Shown here: positions 21,460-36,000 of the stretch, in pieces
How the letters are laid out: the number at the start of each line of letters is the position of its first letter
Numbering within the stretch: the first letter of the stretch is position 1
Source: Mytilus trossulus
Taxonomy: Eukaryota
Direction: 5' to 3'
NCBI RefSeq assembly: GCF_036588685.1
Contig: NC_086373.1
Span: 34,410,001 to 34,474,000 of the forward strand
DNA: 64,000 bases
Program-made: the position numbers and the translations under genes
The notes under the pieces: model-generated
Databases searched by the model: none
Told to the model about the DNA's origin: nothing
Seen by the model: only the letters and a program-made list of their open reading frames with translations

Positions 21460-21829
21460 TGGTACTTTTGATAATAATTTACACCACTGGGTAGATGCCA
21501 CTGCTGGTGAATGTTTCGTCCCCGAGGGTATCACCAGTCCAGTAGCCAACACTCCGGTGTTGACATGAAAATCAATAATGTGATCATTTTTATAAATTTC
21601 CTGTAAACAAAACTTTGAATTTTTCGAAAAACTAGAATTTTTCTTATCCCAGGCATAGATTACCTTAACGTATTTGGCACCACTTTTTTGAATTTTGGGT
21701 CCTCAATGCTCTTCAACTTTGAACTTGTTTGGCTTTATAAATATTTTGATATAAGCGTCACTGATGAGTCTTATGTAGAGGAAACGCGCGTCTGGCGTAC
21801 TAAATTATAATCCTGGTACTTTTGATAAT
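21460..21829 (+). mobile_element. Hammerhead-ribozyme retrozyme (Penelope-associated non-autonomous element), one 354-bp monomer with terminal redundancy
   Basis: 16-bp direct repeat TGGTACTTTTGATAAT at 21460-21475 and 21814-21829. Contains a type I hammerhead at 21755-21798. Homologous to 60217-60501 and 61312-61620. Confidence 0.85.
21755..21798 (+). ncRNA. Minimal type I hammerhead ribozyme (stem II closing pair mutated)
   Basis: gcgtca CTGATGA gtct-tatgt-agag GAAA c-gcgc-g TC tggcgt. Confidence 0.8.
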
Positions 21830-21870
21830 TGTATGACTTAAGAAAAAAACACTAAAGAAATAAAAAAACA

Positions 21871-22319
21871 GATGCCATATGTAACAAAGTATGTACATTG
21901 TACTCCTACTTATTGTCATGGTTCAGCAACTGCTTAAAAATATACATAGTTTGCCATGTTTGACGTTCAAAGATATAAGAAATTCCTAAGTTTGGAATAT
22001 GTCATTTTGTCAGTGCTTCTGGAAGGGTTTGCAGATCCTTCTCAACATGTGGCACCCATTTTAATACTTGTAAGTACAAATGCTGTATTGAAGTCTCATT
22101 GGGGATGTGATAATCAAGGAAAAAGAGGCCAAGGCAATATTGATAGGAACATGTGACATATTCCATAATGAGAAACCAACTCTTGGTGGCTTCAAAAGTC
22201 ACTGACAAATGGATACTTATCATGCAACAGAATTAACTCTGTATTACGGATGCTGTATGTAACAAAGTATGTACATTGTCCTCCTACTTATTGTCACGGT
22301 TCAGCAACTGCTTAAAAAT
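21871..22319 (-). mobile_element. Retroelement fragment with a partial tandem structure (378-bp period)
   Basis: 71-bp direct repeats at 21871-21941 and 22249-22319. The interior carries gggtgccacatgttgagaaggatctgcaaacccttcc (- strand), related to 43992-44210 and 24890-25050. Confidence 0.55.
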
Positions 22320-22980
22320 TTGTTTTTTAATGTGACCCCCAAAATTTATTTGTGGTCGTATATTCTTATCACATCATCGTCATCGTCCGAATACAGTTGG
22401 TTTCCGGACAATAACTTTGAATAAGTAGATAGAAATCTATGAACTTCATACACACGGTTTATAACCACAAAAGGAAGGTTGAGATTGATTTTGGAGGTTA
22501 TGGTCCCAACAGTTTAGGAATTAGGGTAAATAAAGGGCCCCAAATAAGCATTTTTGTTGGTTCCAAACAATAACTTGTAATTAAGTGTATGAATATCTCT
22601 GAAACTATACATTTTGTACCACAAGTGTTCATACCACAAAGGGATGGTTAGGATTGACTTTGGTGGTTATGGCTTTAACCATTTAGAAACGAGAGAAGAA
22701 ACAAGGGTTTCCTGGTTAATGGACAATTAGGACAATTAAAAACAATCTAAGGGAGATAATCCAATCACATTTTAAGTACAATGTATGGATTTACCTCCCT
22801 TACACTACTTGACGGATGGCAGTGTTTTGCACAACAGTAAAAAATTGAATATAAGATCAAATTATATAACCAAATCTAAGGTCTTTGACTACAGTTATTT
22901 TGTGTCAGAAACCTATTATGTGTCAAATATTAATTTAATTACAATCAAAATTCAGACCTGTATCAAGCACGAATAATGTT
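22320..22980. mobile_element. HINE-like element
   Basis: Starts tttttaatgtgaccccc...gtggtcgtatatt, has a CATCGT microsatellite and two internal related units (ccacaaa.ggaaggtt...gatt); shares sequence with 2295-2370. Confidence 0.55.
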
Positions 22981-25084
22981 AAACAAAAAACAGCTCAAGA
23001 CCTTATCATCGGCTTATTCTGCATGACACATAGAAACAAAGCCCAACTAGAAAAACTAGAAACTTCGCAAATGAGGAAAATCATCAACAACAACCACAAT
23101 GTCAACAAAGCATGGCTGACGTTCTAGAAACACTAGTTTGCCAGTCTAGGCAAACTCTTACCATTAAAAATAGTCAAAAGTCCAATAACTGATTGCACAG
23201 GCACTTGTCTCAGATTTTTTCCCTATATTAATGGCTATATACCTTAATGTTATATCAAGATATATAGGGAAAAAAGAATAGTGCCTGTGACTGACTGCCA
23301 TGAATAACCTTCAAGATCAAGAAAATGCTGGAGAAAAAAAACCCAAACCTGTATTACTAAGCCCAAAGATCAAAATCATGAACAAACTAACGCTATTCCA
23401 AAAAAAAAAAACATGCTACATTGAATTCTGGAAAGCAGAAATTAATTATGATAACAATGTCAGAATTGAAGTAATAATGAGAACAACACAATTTTTTTTT
23501 TATGAAATATGTTAAATTAAATAAAACAGGATAACATTTGGGTTATACCACTAAAGATTTAGTAATTTTTTAAATAAATATTCAGATATTGAAGTAACAA
23601 AATTATGTATATGAATGTATAACCATAGATACAGAAAGATGTGGTGTGAGTGCCAATGAGACAACTCTCCATGCAATTTATAATAGTAAACCACCATAGG
23701 TCAATGTACGACCTTCAACACGGAGCATTGTTTAGAAAATAGCATGAGTTGGTAAAAATATAGTTGATTTTAAAAGGAAAATAGCCATAAAGATAAAATT
23801 ATAATCGGAGTTATCGTCCTTTGTTCATTCGAACCAACTACATTTAACGACAAAAATATAAAATCACTAATTCTAAATTTTTCTATGTATGTTGTATTGT
23901 CGTTTGTTTTTTGTTGAATTTTCTGTTGTTTCGTTGTTTTCCTCTTATAATTGATGTGTTTCCCTCGGTTTTAGTTTGTAACCCAGATTTGTTTTCTCTA
24001 AATCGATTTATGACTTTTGAACATAGGTATACTACTGTTGCCTTTATTCACCTAACTAAAGGTTAATTGAGGAATGGTGAAAGTCTATGAAATTTGATAA
24101 AGTCTAACGTTGAAATATATTGCAATTTTAACTTTCAGTGATAACAGCAAATTTCATGCTATGAATCTCTGATTATTTGAGTGAAACTGGTACATAATAT
24201 ATTAAGTATAAAAGTCCCAGATAGAAATTTGTAAAACTGTTGTAATTTGTTGGAGAAAACTGTATTGTCTGTTTAATAATTATTTTTTTTATCGACAATG
24301 TGAATTGAATAAATCCATAGTAGGACATTGGTCTTGACTCTTGAGTACTAAAGATTTGCAGATCTATGCCATTTTGTTTTAGCCGTATATTTTGATAAAT
24401 ACATATTTGTATCAAAGAGTAATATATAATAAAGCTGTGGATAGACATGGTCTAAACCTGTCTTTGGCTATGTATTCAATCAGCTTTCACTGTATTTATA
24501 AGGTGTCTTCTGAAGTTTCTGAACTATTGAAATAAGTCTGCATTAGGTCTGGTTGTGACTTGCACACACTATGTTGTCTCGATATCCCAATAGCATTAGT
24601 TTGAATCCCGTCAAGGGTTGAACACAAATTGACTTTTGCTGATTTGCAGTTTCAATCTTAAACAATTGCATGAAACAATGCAGGTCCATACCTAGGTGTA
24701 TTATCTCGTTTAAGATGGAAATTACGATTACTACAAAAGATAACAATGACAATTTTTTTCTCTTTATCGTGACAGGTATCTCTCTATACAGGTATCAATC
24801 AGGACCTGATTGTAGAGATTTAAGATTGATTACACACGCCACATTTTAAAAGCTGCTACTAAACAATTTGTATTTGTTGCCTAACTTTCCAAAGTGGAGC
24901 AGGACTTGCTTAACCTTCTTGAGTACATGAGATCTTCGTTTTTTTGTAGGACTCATGCTGCTTAGTCTTGAGTTTTCCACGTTTTGTGTTATGTACTATT
25001 GTTTGAAATTTTTTCTCTTTTCTTGTTTTCCTTATTGCTTTGAATGTCTTTTTTTGTATTAAATATGAAAACAACACGTTATAC

Positions 25085-25385
25085 ATTGCATGCGTCTATA
25101 GCGCGTTTCTTCTTGATTTATGTTATCAGCTGGAAAGCTGGTATTCTAATATTTAACAACCAAGGATAAGAATCTAATCAGTTGAATAGATGTATGACCA
25201 AAAAATAACATATACATTGCCAAATCGATATAAGGTCTGGTGAACTTGAAACCTGAGTTTCTGATAATTTCAAATTTTATAAACGGACAATTCTAAAAAG
25301 ATTTGTTATGAATCATGTCAGTACCGAAGTACTAACTACTGCGCTGATGATACCCTCTGGAACTGATAGTCCGTCAGCTATCTCG
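25085..25385 (-). mobile_element. Diverged retrozyme copy
   Basis: Decayed hammerhead on the - strand at about 25092-25135 (CTGATAA...GAAAcgcgc). The body is colinear with 60257-60501. CTGATGA motif on the + strand at 25344-25350. Confidence 0.55.
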
Positions 25386-25974
25386 ATTCTCCTTAAGAGT
25401 TCGAGTGTATACAAAGAAAGACTTCAGTCGCATTTAAAGATTTTTAAAATTGCAGTGTTAGGTATTAGTATTGTTGCTGATAAAATCATTTTTTCTATGA
25501 GATGAATAGGTCGATTATTTGATGTTTCTATGATTAAACATGTTTGTTTGATTCTGTTTGAAGCTTTCATTCGTTGATAAAATGACAAATTATTAACAAA
25601 ACAAAACAAAACTATCAGGTAAAGTTGACGTTATAATGGTTTTTTTTTGTTATTCAGGTCCACTTTGATTATATACCTCTTTACGTGTTCGTCTTTATTC
25701 TGTGGCTAAAAACATGTCGAAATGTACTATTGTTTTGTTTATTTTTGTATTTCTCTATCCTGAATGTTGTTGCATTGATGTATTCTATTTTCCTGTCCTT
25801 TACTGTTGTCATTTTAGTGTTATATTTAACATTGCCATAAAAGCAATATACCATTTGCTCCAAGTCATCAAATGGCAGTAGTTATTTTATAGTTCGTTTC
25901 TATGTGTGTTGCATTGTAGTTTGGGTTTTGTTCATTCACATGTAAATTGTAAAAACATGTAAAAAGTGTAAATT

Positions 25975-26370
25975 CACATTGCGATAAGACGTGTCACGGT
26001 ACTTGTCTATCCCAAATTCATGTATTTGGTTTTGATGATATATTTGTTATTCTCGTGGGATTTTGTCTGATGCTTGGTCCGTTTCTGTGTTTTACATTTC
26101 AGTGTTGTGTCGTTGTTCTCCTCTTATACATGTATTTAATGCGTTTCCCTCGGTTTTAGTTTGTTATCCCGATTTTGTTTTTTGTCCATGGATTTATGAG
26201 TTTTAAACAGCGGTATACTACTGTAGCCTTTATTGTTCACTTCAGTGTTTCTGTTGTTTTCCTCTATAGTTAGGTGTGTCCCTCGGTTTTAGTTTGTAAC
26301 CCGGATTTGATTTCTCTCAATCGATTTTTGTGTTTCGAAAAGCGGTAAACTACTGTTGCCTTTATTTAGA
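25975..26370 (+). repeat. Interspersed repeat with tandem gtttccctcggttttagtttgt units
   Basis: Two units here (about 26100-26235 and 26240-26368) and another copy at about 23915-24050. Confidence 0.65.
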
Positions 26371-27051
26371 AAGGAATAAAACATTGATGATGAATTTGCA
26401 AATTATTAAAAATCATGATTCAAAACCATCACAAAAAAGTAGTTTGTTTTGCTTTCCCTCATTTTAAATCAACTTCGCCACATCACTTTTCATATGGTTG
26501 TACATCCCATGTTTTCATTTTTGTTTTGTTTTGAGCGTTACTGGCGAAGGTTAAACCATATTCCATTGGACTTTTTAAATTTTGTGCAAGGTTTCTATTA
26601 ACTGAACTATTTTGTAACACATTATACATATATTATATATATTAAACCTCAAATTCAACAATGTTTATAATGTTACAATTTCAAGTTAACTACATTGATA
26701 ATATTAACTTTACAAGCAAATACATCTAAATATCCTATAAACTAAACATCTCTTATACAATGCTACAACCGTTTAGTTAATTCTCATGATTCAATGAGGT
26801 CAAATTAAAAAAAAATATATATATTTAACTGAAAATAAATGAGAATTAACATAACATGAGTAACATAAGTTCACTTTTGATATTCAATAGGAATGCGTAT
26901 TGTACAAATAACATTACTCATTAACTCTTTGAGGATTTGAGGATTTACGTTTTAGTGAGTCTCAAGTATAAAATAGTTGTTCAGTTCAAATGCAATTGTG
27001 GTATAAAACCAAAAACTCAAAAAGTTGATGCACAGATGAATGTCATATTTG

Positions 27052-30000
27052 TCAGTATAAAAATCCTACAATAGCTGACAGTAACAAAAACAGCATATTT
27101 TGAGTAAGAATTGATGCAGCACTTATGTCGGGGTCATATGAGATTTTGACGGTACGAGAATTAAGACCCTGAGTTGAACGGTAATTTTTTCCAATAAGTG
27201 TTGTCCCAGAGGATTCCTGGTAGCTGAGTCTGATCTTGGCCAACTGAAAAATAAAGGAGTAACGATAGTACACATATAATATCATTGTCATTTTGCTTAG
27301 TTTCTTATGTCAACTATTCTGACATCGGACTAGGACTTCTTTCGAACTGAATTTTACTGTACGTATAACTCTGTGTTTGTTTATTCTAAATTGACTAGAT
27401 GTATCGTAAGGGGGTTAGGGGTCGATTTCTCACAAATTATTTTCACTGAACTAGCACATATTTTTGGTTAGGGGCCAGGGTGCGGTATTTCCTCGCTGTG
27501 TTGAGGATCCATTGGTGGTCTTTGGCTCTTTTCTGTCCTATGGTCCGGTTGTTGTCTCTTTGACACATTCTATTCTCAAATGTCATTTAGAATGATTTAT
27601 ATCGATCAAATTGATTTAAGTTTTATAACAGGGCTTCGGCTTTTTTTCATCCGTTTTGTTACGCTGCGCGTATTTCTTTACGAGAAACAGCTTGTCCGAG
27701 AGCTTTTATACTTGGTAGCATTGTATATCACGTGACTTGACCTCTCAATTCTGTACTATAATTTTGTGTCTGACTTACGCATATAACTACATGTTTGTAA
27801 ATCATTTATAAAAGTCATTTCTATCGAAAACTTTTTGTCATAACTATCAAATAATAATAAACTAAAGTTTCTTTGATTTCCGTATCTATTGATCTGTATC
27901 TATGACGCGCAAATAATGAATACCAATCGTGACTTACTTGAGCACTTGAGATTGCAATTTTCTCAGTGAAAACTGTCCACTGAACAACTTCGTTACACCC
28001 TGGTGTTGTTAAACCTCCACTGTATCTCACGAACAATGATGTATTAACATTTTGAAATATTGCGCTAATTACAGGCGGTGATGACAAAGTAGCGGTTTGA
28101 TCTATAAAAAAAACCCAACAATCTAATTAATTGACGTTTTCTATCTCCAATTTTCGTTCTTTGCGTATATATTTTCTACATTTTAAAATACCTGTACCAA
28201 GTCAGGAATATGACAGTTCTTGTCCATTCGTTTTTGATGTGTTTTGTTATTTGATTTTGCTATGTGATTATGGACTTTCCGAATTGATTTCCCTCTAAGT
28301 TCAGTATTTTTGTCATTTTACTTTTTATACTTAATTGGTACGTACCATAATAAAGAGTACGTGTATCCAGTATTAAGTGTATCTATAACATTAACAATAT
28401 CAGTTTTATTACACCCAATACGCTTTACGACGTGTTTTTGATTGTTTCTTCAATGATGCCTAGAACAAATACATTCGAAGGTACAAAACATAATACAAAC
28501 GTTATAGCACTGGTTAAACCTAAAAGAACAAAAATAAAATAAAATTTGGACACCGGAATCAGAGCTATTCAAGTGGGGAATACATTGCTTAATTTGAAAT
28601 GATTACGAATTTTTAAACAGCAAATTCGAATATAGGATTACTAGCTATACACATAGTATATCTATTCCCTTAAAAAGAACAACATGCATAAGTTATGCCA
28701 GAATAATTGGCTGCTGCACGATAATACCATCGGGGCCTTACAGTCCACCAGCAGAGAAATCGACACAGTGATAGCAATAACATTAAAGGTGCCAATTTTA
28801 TTTCACCAGACGAGGTTTTCGACAGATGATGTCTCTTGAGTGATGCTCAAGCCAAAATATATAAACTATACATCCATTAAATATCATGTTCTTTGATATT
28901 GAAAATAATCTTTTTTTGCCTCAGTGAAATCTTAATCTTTAAAAGCGAAATCGTAACAGTCAGAAAAATTAACTTGACTTTATAAAACTTAATGTTGGAT
29001 CTTTCTAAAACTTAGATTTTTTAAACATTACGGCTTTTCTACCTCAGGAACAGATTACCTTAACTGTATTTTGCAAACTTTTGGGATTTTTTGGACCCCA
29101 ATGCTCTTCAACTTATTTTACTAATTATTATACTTTATCAAGCCTTATTATCTTTTTTTTATATTCAACAGTTGTCACTGGTGAGTCTTTTGTTGACTAA
29201 ACACGCAACTGACCCACAAACACAAGTTTAATCCGGGTAATGAGATGATGAGTTTATTTAATCAGTATATGAACAGAGCTTTTGCAGAACAGTCGTGATC
29301 AGAGGGAGGAATATTTATAAATAAGATCACATCAACCTGTAGCACCTTCTACCCCATCCACTTACATGAACTCTATCAAGGATTAACGTGTAAAGCTTCT
29401 ATACAAAAAATCATAATATATATCGGTTGGATTCTGTTTACACATCGAGAAAGCATTTTTAACAGATTTACCTTCTATAAGGTTTGAATTGACAATGGAA
29501 AGCCAAATAAAAAAAATACTGAACTCCGAAAGTTCCTAGTCAAATGGCAAAATCAAAAATTCAAACACAACAAAAGAATAGATAACATATGTCATATTCC
29601 TGACTTGAATATAGTCTGTTCTTCCATTAAAAACAATTGTAAAACAATTGTAGAAGGTGGTTTTTGTTAATAGACTATCCAGTAAATAAAATGTGAAGAG
29701 TCATTCAATTTTATTGGTTAAAGCATTTTTTACATGGTGAAACCGCAATGTCGGCAACAAGCTCCAGAGAGCTTATGTTTGTAATGTTTCATGTAAACAC
29801 ATCTTTAAATAGCATTTTCTGGTTTTATTCTATTCATTACTATTGTAAAGTGAACATCACATGAAAACTTTTGTTATTTGATAACATTCCTACCTTTATT
29901 TGCAACGCTAGTTACTGCGTCAAGGAAGGGATCAAGGTTGGCGTTGTCTGATGGATACACCTGTAATGGTATAACATTGTCTTATTCAACTTCTAGTTGA

Positions 30001-33000
30001 AATTATAAAATTTCCTTATATTCAAATTAAAAATTCCACATATTCTATGATCTATAACATGTAGATTTTGAATTATAAATGTGCTGAAAATGTTTAATAA
30101 ATAAGAAAATAACTTATTAATCAATTCGAAAGATAACAAAGGGACATTCGAACTCATAAGTCGAACATAAAATGACAACGCTGTGGCAAAAATGAAGACA
30201 AAAAGACAACAACAATATACAAAACACAACATAGAAGACATAGACTGAGCGTAAAACAAAAGACTGAACAACTTACGGTAGAGATATGTTTTTTGTGGGA
30301 GAAAAGTTAATACTATTATAACCCTAATTTATATTCCAGTTAATATATTTGATCTAGTTTAGAAGTTTATTTTGTACAAGATCCGTTTCACATTTGACGA
30401 TTCGGAAGTTTATAAATCCTTCATATACTGGTTGTTAATAGAACCGCAACACACAATATCACAATATCATGTGGTTTCCTTTAAAAGTACAATACACAAA
30501 GTTTTGAAAGAAAAACAATAGCGGGTCCCTCATGTCCTCAAGCAATTGGCTTCTTGTTACTGCTACAGTTTGGTTTCTGATAGACTTCAGTTTAGAAAGT
30601 TGCGAATAGTTGGTTCAGTATGGAATGATTGAAGCGTTTAAATGTCCGCCAAGCAGAGACAATCTGACCTTTACCTTATATGAATTATTTAAAGGTCAGC
30701 ATTAAGTTTACGCTTTTTTTCCGCTCCTGAGGTCAAATTTATTTGGTGTAAGGGTTAATGGAAGGTGTACTTTCTTTTGATGTGGTTTTGTATAACATTG
30801 ATCTCATATCAGGGTTTACTGCTTGGTTAACGTTTATTTAAGACCAATATTTTTGCAGTGTCTATGAAAATAATCAATAATACCTCGAAAAAAAATCCAA
30901 GGACAGCTAGACCTTCTGGGGTTCCAGCTGCAGTACCAAGGTCAGTTAATGACGCTTTGTAATGTACAAAATGAATCTGCAAAAAGATAGGAATATGTAT
31001 CTATGTTGACTTTATTGTTTACCAATACCAAAATGTATGATCTCACTCCCGGTGATGGAGGGAACATAGTCAACACTAATGATAAATTCTGATATGGGCG
31101 AATTATACAGGTAAAGAATAATTACGATACTCAATTGCCTCAGAATTCTGAATTCTGAAATTTTATAACATTATAAATAAAAAAAAACAAATAATACCAT
31201 AAGTTATCGTTACTGTTTGTCGACTTCACATATAAACTGATGATTTGAGTTTCAATTGTAGTTATTACTTTAAATTATACAACGTTTTTCTAATTAGAAT
31301 TAATATCGTTAACCTTTGAAATTACATGACTTGAACTAATAGCTTTCTTACTTCAAGTGGAGACTGTTTTCCATCAACCGTGTGCTCGGAACCCGTTGAA
31401 TCTGATGTTCCCCAGTGGAAATGAAACTGTGCCAAATTAAACGGTCCACCGTCTAGTCCTCCACCATTCAAAGTAACAGTGTCGTCTGCCATATCAACTT
31501 GAACTGAAGAATTGAGTAGTACCGTTTAGTCATATATTTGAAAATTTCAAGTCTAAAATGATTTTTTTTTCAAATTTAAACAAGATTTTTGGCCTTGGTA
31601 GTCTTGTAGGATTTATAATTCTAGTTCATTTATATGTTTTAGAGTTTAGTATGGCCTCCATTATAACTGAACTGTCTAAGGCACATTTTAGGACACAAAT
31701 TTAACAGTCAAAGCTGCTTGAGAAAAAATTTGCATGAGGAAGTTATAAAAGGAAAAAACAATAGTTGTATAATCTGAAATTCTTCGATCAAAACAATAAC
31801 TTTAATTTCCCTAATACAAAACACTGATTGAATGGTACGACTGTAGACTGATACTTAGCAGTGGTAACGTATCTGATATGGTGTATCGTTACTTACTTGT
31901 GTGTCCGTTATTCTTAATATTTCCATATTTGCTGTTATCATTATAGTTTGTAAGGGTAAATTCTCCAAGTGAAGTGTCGACTGTAGCTGACGAAAGAACT
32001 ATGTTGATTGGTGACTGACTAGTCCCTGTAGAACAAACTCCATCAGTCCAATCTAAAACAACAAAATATGTAGGTTTATAATTGGACAGCAAAATTTTAA
32101 AAAAAAAGCATGCAAGTATTCGTAGACAATTGAAATTTTACTCGTTCCTAATAACAAATAAATCTCTACATCAACAGAGTTAACATGTATAAACTCTATA
32201 AAACTATCATAATTAAGGCGAATTAATTATTCTTACACTATTTTACGAATCGTTTTTACTTTGAAATTCATAAGATATAATTTAATAATATATATAAATG
32301 CTTACCATCTCCATTACTGTCATAATTATAACCTGTAATTATAAAATGTAAAATATCAACATCAACTAGAAAGTTAATCATGTAAAAAATATAATACTAA
32401 AGAAATTATCAATTTTAGTCGAGCAAACTTAATTGGCTACATTGAGAGGTATCATAAAAGTTCATTTTCCTTGCACACAAAAAAACGAAAACATAAATTG
32501 TAACTGCTCTTGAAGTATACTTCAACTATTTATTGAACGATTGGCTCATATTCCATGTCAATGGCATATATCCCCTTCCCTTGACGGCTGAAGGGTTAAA
32601 ATAGAAGGAATTAAGCGAGTCCCTGTGAAAATCGAGAAGAGCAGATATCACTTGTGGGTGTAAAGAACATCAAATAGTTACATTATTTAGGAAAATACAT
32701 TTTAAACGTATTTAAAATCAGGGACTGCAGTTTTTGTTTGTTTACTTTGAAATTTTGTATAGACCCCGATTGACTATAAAGTTTCAGGTAATGAGGAATT
32801 TTTGAAATTTTAGAAGTATCGAACAAATCAGAGATCCACACATTGGAATTTGCATCATCATATACAATAAAACAGAGTCTATGAGGAGCTTCGATGGTTT
32901 TAACAATTTTCTACAAACCGACTGTTAGTAATGTATGATAAGCATAGATTTTTAGAATGAAAATGCCAAAGGATTGTGAAAATGAAGATTTGGATTGAAA

Positions 33001-36000
33001 ACACGTTTGAACTTGTTTAAATCTTATTATTAATTGAGATATCACTAGGGTTATTATATTGCTAAATATATTTGAGATATCTGAATCATGAAACTGTATA
33101 TTCATTTCTTGTTTCTTTTAGTTCATGGAAACAATACCAATTCTGATGATAAGTAAATAATTAACATTATTTATTTGTTCAATGTTGGAACCTTGTTCAC
33201 GACTTATCCAATATCAAAATATTCCATTATGGCGGCTACATGTTCATTTTTATGTATATATTGGTTTTAAATTGACAATCATACATTGATGAAAATATTT
33301 ATTGGAGAAATAAATATCTATAATAACTGTCAAACATAAAGTTCAATATTTATCTAACGTTTTAGATCATTTTGGTTTTTGTCCGACGAAAGCATTAAAT
33401 ATGACCAAAGACTGTTAGTCATTATATAACGGTATATACATCATAAAATGTTGTATGAACTTTATTTTTTTTACATAAATTAGGCCGTTAGTTTTCTCGT
33501 TTGAACTGTTTTACATTTTCTTATCGGGGCCCTTTATAGCTGACTATGCGGTATGGGCTTTGCTCATTGTTGAAGGCCGTACGATGACCTATAGTTGTTA
33601 ATGTTTGTGTCATTTTGGTCTTTTGTGGATATTTGTCTCATTGGCAATCATACCACATCTTCTTTTTTATATTGGGTGTATATAGTTATCAAAAGTACCA
33701 GGATTATAATTTTATACGCCAGACGCGCGTTTCGTCTACATAAGACTCATCAGTGACGCTCAGATCGTCTAGTATATTCTAGACCTGGGGAAGATACAGA
33801 AATATAAAATGGGTTCCCCACTCCATACCCAATGGTCCTCGCCAAACGCTTTTACTCCCTCGAAAAGTACATAAAAAGCATTCATCTCGTGCCCTTGGAA
33901 TCCACACATTGTAGAAAAAATTACGACAGTCTAACAATTACAGAATAGACAACTATTCTGTTTTCAAAATATCAAAGCCTTCGAAAACACATCACTGGTG
34001 AGTTGAACCAAAAACATTATATAGGTCAGCTAATTCGTGACGTTGACCGTAAAATATATATGGTGTCAATTCAATTCTTTTTTGTTTCAAAATATTCTGG
34101 TATCTTTTATTAAGACCGGTTTTTATGCAGTACAAAAGCTGAATAGCTGTGTTTGTGATAGATAGGCTTCAATTGTAAAGTACGTATTTGAATAAGATTG
34201 TTAACCCTTAATGATAATTCATTGTTGCTTGTAATATAGAATAAGTAAATATCACATGCTCTGATTGATTTGTAAATTTAATATCTATGATAGTTTGCAT
34301 TGGTATATTTTTTGATTTATTTGTTTTTTATAAATTCTATCAACTATGTTCAAGGTTATGTACTTATCAAAATGAAGTCAGAATAAATGACACGTTTCAG
34401 AAAAAAAAATGCATTTCGGCATGATGAGGGAGCATTCGCTACGATTTAGATTAAAACTACAAATGGGATTCTTTTTGTTTCGTGCATTATTAAAGGCGTT
34501 GACATAACAATTTGACATAAGAAATCAGTTAGACCAAAATTTGTAAAAAATAGCTAAAAACGTGGTTGGTGTACTATTGACTTGCAATAATTTCGCATTA
34601 TTATTTGTAATTTGATTATACGTTTAAATGTTACAAATCAAATATGACAATTTGAGTCAAATCGATGAACATGAAATTGGCAGCTAATTCTCCCCTCAAT
34701 TTCATAACACATATTGTTAAACGATACATGAATGCTTCTAAGACAAGTAAGCTGCTTATGTAACAATACACCATCGGTCAGGTAACAATTTACCTAGCTA
34801 ATAAAAATGTTTTAAATAGTCCGAACATCAATTCGATCTTTATAATAAACTAGATACCAAGATGGTAAAATTGAATGAGTGGGAAATTTGCAGGTGATGC
34901 AAGCACGTTAATTCCAGTCGACGCAGCACCCCGTGTCATTACTATTGGAGTTGTCTTTGTTACCCTTATTTGTATATTCTTAATCGATCTATGAGATTTG
35001 AAGATTGATAAACTATTGTTGAATTAGTTTACTAATCATCAGTATTTATATACATTACACATGTACATTTTATTATGACACCCCCTTTTATGTACATTGA
35101 ATCACTTAACATACTATGCTGCTTATGCTGTGATAAAAATTTGACATAACTTATTCTTAAGCTAAAAGCAAAATTTATTGATTATACTAAAAAAATATTT
35201 AATCTTTCAGTGTTTTTTTTTTTATCTATACTCTATGCAAATGACAATGCTATATAAAAGCATAAACAAATACAAAGTACCTTAACTTAAACGTATTTGC
35301 ATATTTAGCGTTTGAATTGTTACGTTACATTTGCGATTAATATTATAGTATTTGTTGTATTTATAGGTGTTCATGTTATCAATATTTCTTGATTTAAACT
35401 TTTATCACACCCTGCAAGTAAATATGTATTTGGTATCCAACTAAATACATACGATTACAATGCCAGGTTACTATGTAAATCAATTGTTTGCGAGTCTTTG
35501 AACTGGTCAATGGGTTTAAATTGTTCTTTTGTGTGATTAGAAAAACATTCTTGTATCTTTGCCCAGACCATTTTTATGCATTTGTTTTTTTAATCTTTTA
35601 AACATAGAGAAGCATTGATTTGAAGTTCGTATTTGAAATAAATAGCTGACCCATGATACCCAAGGATAAATGCATAATAGATTGTTGTAATTTTTTTTTT
35701 TATCTCTAAGTATCTTTTGTTCATATTCAATTCAATAATGATCAAGGTTAGACGTTTTCATAAGACTGAATTAAAGTTAATGAACCGTGTCACAGAAGTT
35801 CTAGTCTTGGTCAAGATGTACTCTTAAAGGAACAATAGCTACGAGATATATATAAAAAAATATTATGTTTTTCGCTAACTCATTAATGGAAGTGAAACAC
35901 TGAAATATGAATTGGCTTTTATCAGCCAGTATGGTTCAATTTTTGTCAAAAAAAGTTAAGATACATTGATGATGAATTATTCACTTGCAAGTTAATAATA

